Source of the DNA: Sarea resinae
Lineage: Eukaryota
Direction: 5' to 3'
Length of the DNA: 28,656 bases
NCBI GenBank assembly: GCA_026026165.1
Contig: JAPEUD010000043.1
Location: 186,001-214,656 of the forward strand
The translations under genes were made by a program, and so were the position numbers. Shown in pieces: positions 1 to 8,645 of the stretch; positions within the stretch are counted from its first letter, which is position 1, and each line of letters begins with the position of its first letter. The notes under the pieces are model-generated. The model saw nothing but the letters and a program-made list of their open reading frames with translations. It ran no database searches and had not been told where the DNA came from.

Positions 1-28
1 AACCCCTCCGGCCTCGACCTCGGACAAG

Positions 29-868
29 ATGACTTCATTGGAAGGCAGAGTCTACGCAGTGACTGGCGGTGCCTCGGGCATGGGAGCAGCCACCGTAAAG
101 CTTCTTGCCAGGAGAGGTGCCGCCGCTGTCGCCGTAGGGGACTACAACGAGCAAAACTTCGAAGCCATCAAAGAAGAGGTCAAGCAGATCAATGGCACGA
201 CCGAGGTGACAACGACGAAAATTGACGTGGCCGAGTCCGCCAGTGTCAAGGCATGGATCGAGGAGACGGTCAAGGCATTTGGGCGACTGGACGGCTGTGC
301 CAATGTGGCTGGTGTCCCGCAGAAGGTGGGCGTCCGGAAATCCCCGACCATTCTGGAAGAGACGGATGAAACATGGAGAAGGACCATGGCGGTCAACATT
401 GACGGCATCATGTATTCGACGCGAGAGGAGGTCAGGGCCATGGTCGCGCTGCCCAAGGAGAAAAGATGCATTGTGAACGTCTCCAGCATGGCATCGGTGA
501 TGCATGGACCCGATACGTACGCATATACTGCTTCGAAAACAGCCTGTGTCTCGTTTTCGAGCAGCGTTGCCAAGGACGTGATGCCATTTGGCATCCGAGT
601 GAACACGGTTTCTCCTGGTACGCCTTCATGAACGAGAGTGTTTTCTTTAATGCTGCCAACGCACTAAATTATGATCGTAGGTGCCACCATGACGCCCATG
701 CTGGCTCAATTCTTCGCCGACAATGAGACGGCAACGCATGCCACTGCTGCGGTCGGTCTCAATATGCTGCAACCAGAGGACATTGCGCGAAGCATTGTAT
801 ATTTGCTTTGCGAGGATTCAGATCAAGTCATGGGAGTGAATCTTATTGTCGGCTCTGGGGCACCTTGA
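29..868 (+). CDS. Short-chain dehydrogenase/reductase (classical SDR); exons 29-617, 681-868
   Basis: Rossmann TGGASGMG, NVAGV, catalytic YTASK, IRVNTVSPG. Intron 618-680 (GTACGC..TAG) joins the two ORF-track pieces in frame (SPG-ATMTPM). Confidence 0.92.
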
Positions 869-1179
869 AAACCTTTAAAGTGTTTGGTATACCAATCTTA
901 CTCGGCTTTTGTATGTGCATGACTGGATTCGTGAGCCGTCATAGGCGTACATAGCTAGATTTTTGGGAGTAATTCGACAGTAGTGTCGAGGTAATTTGGG
1001 AAAAACCATCGGTCTTTATCGGATTGACAATGACGAGGAGTGTATATACTACTACGTATGCTTCCTGAGAGAGGGAGAGAGTATGTGTGTGATCTGTTAC
1101 CATCAATCTCGTCAAGATATTTCTCGACGAATATGGTTGTCACCATTAGAGAAAAATAAAATCAAAAGAAAATGGAATC

Positions 1180-1185
1180 AAAAAA
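1180..1185 (-). terminator. RNA polymerase III oligo(T) terminator of the SRP RNA gene
   Basis: TTTTTT on the minus strand immediately after the predicted 3' strand of the SRP RNA. Confidence 0.75.
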
Positions 1186-1450
1186 GTTGACAATCAGCCC
1201 AACTTTACCGTCCCATCCCGAACGAGTTCGTAATCCGGTACCGCCACTCGATGGTGAAGATGCCTCTGCAGAATTGCTTCCCTCAAGGGTCATCTCCATT
1301 GCTTAAGGCTTTACAAGCGATCGTGGGTTACCCACACGAGTTGAAAACCACCACGGAGTTCGAACCGGGCGACCTGCGTCCGTTTTTAGAGTGAATTGGG
1401 AAAGTCCCGTTGGGATACGACCATCTTCTCACTTTATGACCACTACAGCC
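1186..1450 (-). ncRNA. SRP RNA: Signal recognition particle (SRP/7SL-like) RNA, Pol III
   Basis: Minus strand starts GGCTGTAGTGGTC, resembling the fungal small Alu domain (GGCTGTAATGGC in yeast scR1). Helix-8-like TGAGG-GAA-GCAA-TTC-TGCAG (1285-1266) has a GNRA loop and lies within a longer stem (1299-1287 pairs with 1264-1251). Long-range helix 1420-1406 pairs with 1226-1211. Internal B-box GGTTCGAACTCC (1366-1355); T6 terminator at 1185-1180. Confidence 0.88.
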
Positions 1451-1925
1451 GAAGTAAAATGCGCCCTTAACCGACATATAAGGGTATCCCCCGACAGTCA
1501 CATGCTCACGGCACCACTCCCTAATCCATGTGATGACTACAAGCAATACCGTACTCATTTCCATGCACACCCATAACACGAGGAAAAAAGGAGTCACGCA
1601 ATGAATAATATCACCCATCTGTGATAATGAAAATGCAATTCAAGATTTGTATCTGCAACAGATCGACTCGACCAGATGCCCAACTATAGTACATATCGAA
1701 CGGATATCTAACACGAAACACGCCCAACGCCGAGATGCAACGCGCGAGATGCATCAGGTGCCCTACTTGCACCCACACGCATTGAGCATCCATCCCACAC
1801 ATGAGTATGCAACAGTCACCCCGCAAATCTGCAAGACACCCGATGTGTGCACCTTTTCCCCCGAAAATTCAAGAGAAAAGGGATAATTCGTTTCGAAAAA
1901 GTCATCATCATTGCTCATGTCCACA

Positions 1926-3483
1926 TCACAAGAAATACTCGCCTCGGCCCCCTCGGCCGGCTGGGACGGCTCTCTGGTTATCGGGCACGGCGCTGAATAT
2001 GGTGAACTTAGGGTTGAGGTCTTCTCGGAGGTTCATAATTGATGCCACGTTACCGCAGCGGTAGCAGTAATTTGGGGCGGACCACACAGTGACCACATCT
2101 TTGTTCTTGAAATGATACTGCGAATGTGATTAGACGGGGCCTAGGATAAAGTTCGTGGATCGTAGTACTGCTTACCTTAAAGCCTTCGTTGACGAGCTGA
2201 TGGGCCCGAGCAATGAAATTCAAACCATTGACGTGATTGAACTGAGAGTTTCCTTATTAGCCTTGGCCAACTCGACGGCGGATATTGACGGAAATCACCT
2301 CTGAAGAAACTTTATCCCCGAACAGCCATCCAGCTCCTCGTGGAGAAACAGCCCATGTATCGACGTCCTCGGGGTCACTCCATACCAAGTCGCAGAACGC
2401 TCCCTCATGGGGGATCTCTTGAGCTCTCGCAACAACACGAATTTGATCTAAGGTCCTGATCTCCGGACTTAATCCACCATGAACACACAATACTTTCCCG
2501 TCGACCACGGCGGCTAAAGCAAGAAAGTCGAAGACTTGACAACAGGCTTTCCACACGGAGGCGTTCCCGTATTTGGTCTGGCATTCTTCATAGAATCCGT
2601 AGACTTGAGTAATTTGTCGCGACTCGTGGTTACCTCGAACAAGTGTGACCTTATCAGGGTATCTTTTCAATAGTCAGCAGGCAGTCTCAAATCCAGAATT
2701 GATGAGGCCATACTTTGCTTTCAGGCACATGAGAAGGGTGAAAGTTTCCAAGCTGAAATAGCCACGATCCACAAAATCACCCAAAAAGATGTAATTTTGC
2801 CCGCCCATGCCACTGACACCTGTTTCTTGACCAGCCATACTCACACCAGAATCGTCCCCTTCGCTTGCCCCTCCACTCGAGCCACCGGAAAGTTGAGGCT
2901 CTAAGTTTCGTCCTCTCTCTTCCTCATCATCACTACCGATACCGCTCCCACCACTTCCGCTACTACTGTCCGATATAATTTTTCGTTTTAGCTTCGGATC
3001 AGTGATCTCAGTTGGCGGTTCGATATCATCAGAGGTGATGACTTTGGTAGGTACAGTTGGAGGTGCGACGTGGGTCGAATTGGGCATTCCGCCAGCAATG
3101 CGGAACAATTCTAGCAGGTCGTAGAATTGCCCATGAATATCACCGCAGACAGTTACAGGTGTGCGAACCGGCTGGATGTTCGACTCTGCATTGCACAAGT
3201 CAGCATTTGTATTCCCGATATATCATGTGTCCGGCATGCGCAGCTGAATTTGGGACGAAAGGTCCGCATGCCAGATAGGGTCAAGAGGCATATCAAGGCC
3301 GAGTAAATTTAAAACACAGCACTTACCCTCCATTAAGCATTCCTTGACAATCTCACACAGCCGTTTCATATCTGCTTCGGGCAGATACTTGCACTGCTTT
3401 GCTGACTCGAGCCATTCATCTGGTCCGCCACCTTTGGCTATGTGCGCTGGACCAGGCTGCGGTACTGGATCGCCCCTAGGCAT
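1926..3483 (-). CDS. SIT4: Ser/Thr protein phosphatase, PP6/Sit4/Ppe1 catalytic subunit; exons 3483-3327, 3185-2714, 2662-2299, 2241-2176, 2117-1926
   Basis: [44 protein letters not shown]-terminal EYFL*. N-terminal [19 protein letters not shown] is typical of Sit4/Ppe1. Four GT-AG introns restore the frame. Confidence 0.93.
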
Positions 3484-4109
3484 GATTGCGAGGGTCTGTG
3501 ATTAATGTGTTGAATTGGCTGTGGGAATGATCGACTGTGCTTGCTGCGATGAGCCCCAGAGATGATGATTAATGCTATCGACCGAGAAAGGCCAGCGTGG
3601 ATAAGGTAACGAGAGCTTGAGATATAAGGATGACGCCTGCGAAGATGTTGGTGAATGGGGGAACGCTGGAGAATGTTTGACCCTCGTGAAGAGAGATGAT
3701 TGATCTGGCGGCAAATGATTATGTTCGTCAAAGAGTTGAAGTCCCTTAAGGTCGCACGTCGGACAGCATCATTATGCCCGTCTGCATGTTCGCCGTGCTC
3801 GGGTGGTCGGTTCCTTCCTGCTTTGGCGTTTAGGTCGATACTCTGTGGGAGAGCGACCACCTACGAATGCATATATTCTGACGTGCTACGGGAGCCGCCT
3901 GCGTCAATGATCGTTTGGTATCGCAGCCATCCACAGTGTAGATGATTGACTAGACCACCAACTATAACAATACTCTCCAGCGGTCCTTTTGATATTCACA
4001 CCGACATTTGTTCACCACACATGGGATTTTCAGTCTCAGTTCATGAGAGAGCAATAGTCGATCTCCCGTTCGCACACCAACCGAATCTTTGCCTGTGAGA
4101 CTAGCCACC

Positions 4110-6023
4110 ATGGGCCCAAAGATCGCAATAGCGAAGCCGCCCTCAAATAGCAACGGCCCAACGAATGGGCTACCTACCATGCCCGTCTCCACAACGGGGA
4201 AAGCGAACCAGAATGGTCCATCTAAGGCTCCTGCCACACGGCTGAAGGTTATTATTCGACGACTTCCGCCGGGCATCACTGAAGCCGAGCTGGAAACAGC
4301 TCTAGGAGAGGACTGGAATCTGCGTGCGGGGCGAGTAGACTGGAAGCTCTACAAAGCAGGCAAGGTTTCATCCGAGTATGGCATCATTTGATATGTATGC
4401 GAATGCAATTATTAATTCTTTCACTCTTCCAGTCCGGCGAAGCCTTCACGACCCGCAAGGCTATATCTTCATCTTACAGAATCATCACATCTTGCAACCT
4501 TGTCTGAACGAGTCCGCCAAGCCATATTTACTGATTCAAAGAATACGGCCAAAGATCCTTCTTTACTTGGTCCCCCCTCGGTCGAATTTTCTCCATATGG
4601 ACGTGTACCTGGTGGGCGACGACGGAACGACGCACGACAAGGGACCATTGATCAGGATCCGGAGTTCATTGATTTCCTACAGAGCCTCACAAATCCTGTC
4701 ACCAAACCGGTTCCGGTGGATGGCACCGCAGAAGGGGCTAGTAAGAAAGAAGAGAAGGTCACAGTCACGCCACTCATCCAGTTCCTTAGGGAAAAGAAGG
4801 CCTCAAAAGCTAAAGACGCTACAACGACGAAGAGCTCGAAGCATACGCGCCATGGGTCGAAGGAAACCAGAGTCGACAAGGCCACAGAGAAGAAGATACT
4901 CAGCAAGCCTGGAAAGGGAGCTTCGGTCTCTCCAGAGAAAAAATCTAGCAGAGAAGCCAAAGTCGACAAAGCGGATCCTATCAAGGTGCTAAGCAAGGAA
5001 GCTAGCAATCCAAAGTCTGCTTCCTCTTCGAGCAAAGCGACCACTTCGTCGTCACCCGCCGTCGAGAGGAAGAGAGTTCGTGGCAGTGCCAGCGCTGCTG
5101 CCAAGATTCTGCAGCGCGACCTAGGTCTGAGCGGCAGTGGCGGTCGAAGAAGTCGCAGAGAAGCAGGAGGAGATGGCGGTAAAGCGAATGCGGACTCTAC
5201 GTCGAAACCCCAGAAACAGAGTGAATCATCGGTAGCTACCAAAGCATCTACAATCGCGGAACCCAGGGAGCGGACGAAGAATAGCAATCGGAAGGAACAA
5301 AAAGAAGCGCGACCTGAACGGCACGGGGATCAACCCTCAGACGCCGCAGCCGCTGCTTCTAGTCCCGCGACATCAGCAGGTGCTCCGTCTCAAGCTCCCA
5401 AGGCCCCTGCATCACCGTCAATCCTCAAGAAACCCAAGGATACCTCTCGACCGCCACCCGGCTCATCGAAATTGCGGTCACAGGAAAAGACGAGCACATC
5501 TCCAGCAGTCTCATCAAGTCCCACATCATCCCGGCCGGCTACGCCATCCAACAATGCCGCCTCCACTACGTCTCAAGCCTTCCTCAAACATGCCAATCCC
5601 TCTCAGGGTATCACGGAATCTCTCATCCAGCAGGCCATGGCTGCTTTCGGACCCGTGAAAAAGGTCGAAATCGACAAGAGGAAGGGCTTCGCTTATGTTG
5701 ACTTCGACGACGCTCAGAGCTTGCAGAAGTCGATCCAGGCCAGTCCGGTCAAGGTGGCTCAAGGGCAAGTCGTAGTGTTGGAGAGAAAGGAGCGGCCGGC
5801 TCGACCAGCGGCGACGAGTCGAGGGGGTAAGGCAGATGCGAGGGGAGGTGCCAGTGGCGGTGGCGGTGGCGGTGGCGGTGGAGGTGGAGGTGGAGGTGGA
5901 GGTGGACGAGGTGGACGAGGAAGAGGTAGAGGCGCTGCGAGGGGAGGTGCCAACGCTCAAGCTACCAATGCGGCACCGGCAGCATCACCTGCACCTGCAC
6001 CAGCCGCTGATGCGCCGTCATAA
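4110..6023 (+). CDS. UPF3: Nonsense-mediated decay factor UPF3 (Smg-4/UPF3 RRM-like domain, plus C-terminal RRM and Gly/RGG tail); exons 4110-4375, 4433-6023
   Basis: RLKVIIRRLPPGITE..DW..GKVS-D-PAKPSRPARLYL..PPSVEFSPY..D.RQGTIDQDPEFIDFL matches the UPF3 signature. Intron 4376-4432 (GTATGG..CAG). Confidence 0.9.
5855..5905 (+). repeat. GGN trinucleotide repeat (GGCGGT/GGAGGT) encoding poly-Gly in UPF3
   Basis: Directly visible run ggcggtggcggt...ggaggtggaggt. Confidence 0.9.
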
Positions 6024-6465
6024 GCAGACTGCGACGTTGTAAAAAGCCTGGCGAAGACCTATCGAATCTCACTAGAATCGAGGCCCACATGATTTTAGAC
6101 ATCATTCACTCAATTTAGTCGTGCCTAGTGAAGGTGAGCTGTATGCCGTATGGTTGAGGTCTCAATAGTCCCTAAGTGTATGGGCTTGAGAACCACCAAG
6201 CGACGGGGATCCATCATGTCCAAAATATTATGTATATTTGTAGGCCATCGCGACCATAACACGACATTCTACAACATGACCGGCAAAGGCCTATGAACAA
6301 GAAGCGTAAAAGTAATTCATCGGCAATCGGAGCGCACAACTTGACATCACAAGCGAAGAGCAATAGCATGTTCATATAAATTCATATTCATTGCTGTTGA
6401 GAATAAGGCGAGCTATCTACGGATCATCTCAAACTCCCAAGCAAGCAAGCCATAAACAAGAGAAA

Positions 6466-6854
6466 GCCTGTCAGACCTCCATCGACGCCCGCCCCGCTCA
6501 GCCGACCGAAGTCAAGCACAAGACAGGGTTGAGATCATCACCACTCTCTTGCTCCCAGTGAGACCGAAGTCTCTCCGGGAGCAAAGGCGAGAGTATAAAG
6601 GCTTCACTCTAGGGCATCGAGGATATACGATCATCAGCCAGGTTGGAGATTCTGTGGCTCTGGTAAGGAGCTCAGAAGAGGACGTTTACTATAGAATTGA
6701 TTCTATCTGTAAAGGTGAGAAAAAAGCGTTGGTTAGCACGAGTTCATTCAAAGTTTGAAGCGTTTCAGAGGTATTTGGATAGAGAGCGTCAAGCTGCTCA
6801 AAACCAGTGGGCCTCGAAAAGGTAGGGGGTGGGCACTCACGAAGTAAAGTCGAC
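6466..6854 (-). ncRNA. U3: U3 snoRNA with a spliceosomal intron (exon 1 6854-6841, intron 6840-6707, exon 2 6706-~6466)
   Basis: Spliced 5' end GTCGACTTTACTTC|ATAGAATCAATTCTATAG matches U3 GAC/box A'/box A (yeast GTCGACGTACTTCATAGGATCATTTCTATAG). GAGCCACAGAATC hinge; box C' TGATGA (6636-6631); box B AGAGTGA (6610-6604); box C TGATGA (6540-6535); box D CTGA (6474-6471) with terminal CCTG/CAGG stem. Intron has GTGAGT donor, GCTAAC branch (6737-6732) and TACAG acceptor. Confidence 0.93.
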
Positions 6855-6891
6855 TGAAGAAAAAAACAGAAGAGAGAGGGCCTCCAGCGAG

Positions 6892-6898
6892 TATTTAT
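6892..6898 (-). promoter_or_regulatory. TATA-like element of the U3 gene
   Basis: ATAAATA about 40 nt upstream of the predicted U3 5' end, followed by a pyrimidine-rich tract. Confidence 0.55.
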
Positions 6899-7570
6899 GT
6901 GGGAGAGGCAGAGCTCGCTTAGGCTGTGCCAAGCCCTTCCCGCAAATTTTCGAATCGGGTCGGAGAACACAAAACAGAACAAACTGACGCAAACACTGCA
7001 AATTCACGAGGTACTACGTGGGAAGTATGTCGCCAGCAGTGAATGGCGTTAGAGTACTTTGCGAGTAGTATTTGCGCACCAATGACAACCTCCTGTCCTA
7101 CCTGCTGTACCTTCCATCGTGGGGCTGGCCAGACTCGGGCAGTTACCAGCGAGGACTGGTTCCTATGAACTTGTAAGCCAGTTAATGAATATGTTATACC
7201 TACCTAATAGGCAGCGGATCGAGACAGAATTATGATAGCAAAGAATCTTATCAACATTCACCGAACTGTCAACTATCGTTCTGTCTTGCCTCTTGTCAGA
7301 CCTAAATCATTTCTCCTAACAGCACCGTATTAATATCGTCTTATATACCTCTCTCGCAACTAAATATTATGGAACTAATTGAAATTCAACTAAAATTCAG
7401 CTCTTACTCAAAGAACTATTCTTAAAATGATTGACTATAGATAGAAACTTCTCTATCCTGTAAAGCTATCCCTCACATCCACAAAGGGCGGGTGGCTTGG
7501 TTCATGTATACACACTGGGCCTACTACTAGATAGATCGAGAGATCCATTGGCTCGAGCCCAGGCTGGCTG

Positions 7571-8109
7571 GAGTTTTGGCGAAAAAATCGTCGAACGTCT
7601 CAGAGAAAAACCCGCCGCGAGCCCGTCGGGGCCCCGTCGGGTCGGGGGTCCCCCCGCCCGCACGTCTGCCACACTTACTGCGATACAACGATACGATTCG
7701 AGAAAGGGAATTTGGGACGGAAAATCGTCGAACGTCTCAGGGAAGCCCGCCGCGCGCTCGCCGTCAGAGTCCCCTCCCGTTTGGGGGGCCCGGTCTAGGG
7801 CTGCTTCAGGTTGCTACCAGTCCCTTTGGTCGTACCGTACGTCAACGAAGGAACTTTCGAGTAGAAAATCGTCGGACGTCTCAGAGGGAGCCCGCCGTAC
7901 GCGCCCTCCGCCCGCCTGCCAGGCACCAGATAGGAAGGTACCTACCCACAGGTACGCAGTACAAGCCCTATCGTTCCCATCGCCCGACAAGTGACCTGTC
8001 CTATGGTATCCGGTACCCAGTGCTCTATGTAGCGCATGAGTTTCGAGCGAAAAACCGTCGAACGTCTCAGCAAAAAACCCGTCCCGCGCGACCCGCCGGG
8101 TTATGCGGG
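7571..8109. repeat. Four imperfect ~45-bp direct repeats separated by unique spacers
   Basis: Core (T/C)CGTCG(A/G)ACGTCTCAG at 7588-7603, 7725-7740, 7869-7884 and 8055-8070. Each is preceded by GAR-TTT..AAAA and followed by ..CCCGCCG/CCCGTCC. Periods 137, 144 and 186 bp. Confidence 0.9.
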
Positions 8110-8645
8110 TTACAGGCGATCCGCCGGGGTCTGGCTGCGGCGTCCGACAGCTTTTAGCCAAAATCAATATACAGGCGGCTAAACAGCCATTTAAGGTAAG
8201 GTAGGATAAGAGAACTCCGATCTGAGGATTGACTAAGGAAGGATTAAAGAGAGTAACTGCTTTACTTGGCTTTTATCTAAAATATTTAAAGCAGGGTTAG
8301 AAAGGTGAGACAATAGTGGTTATACTACACATAACACAACAATATATATGAGTCCCTTAACACCTGACTTATTCTCTTATTTTCTTTATCATAGATAGAA
8401 TAGCACATTAATAGAGAAGACTTCAGAAAGAGAGGAAAAGAGAAAGCACAAAGTAGAGAGAGGCACTGATCAGACGATGAATAGAACAGGGGAAAATAGT
8501 GATGAAATAAGTAATACAATGCTATCTATAGCCTCCCTGTAGACTGTCCTGTCTCGGCTTTTATTCCTCCTGCTCCCCCATCTCTCCTTCTTTTCTCCTT
8601 CTTCAATTTTCTGTCTCCGTCGCTCTTCTACATCGCACGAACACA

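Noticed and set aside
1355..1366. GGTTCGAACTCC as the T-loop of a tRNA gene
   Set aside because: No cloverleaf can be built; it lies inside the SRP RNA and is better read as a B-box.
1328..1618. Short ORFs overlapping 1.2-1.6 kb (and likewise 6549-6982)
   Set aside because: They overlap the SRP RNA and U3 genes and show no protein features.
7571..8109. CRISPR array interpretation of the repeat-spacer block
   Set aside because: Eukaryotic context, no cas genes, degenerate repeats, and spacers too long and unequal (~90-140 bp).
7576..8157. 193-aa ORF with repeated NRRTSQ motif (and overlapping 165- and 117-aa ORFs)
   Set aside because: Starts at TTG, has no recognisable domain, and the first repeat copy is out of frame with the others (period 137). 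Best explained as a by-product of GC-rich repeats.
8293..8300. CTAACCCT on the minus strand as a telomerase RNA template
   Set aside because: Only 8 nt, also occurs by chance at 14987-14994, fits a branch-site-like context, and no other telomerase RNA elements are recognisable.
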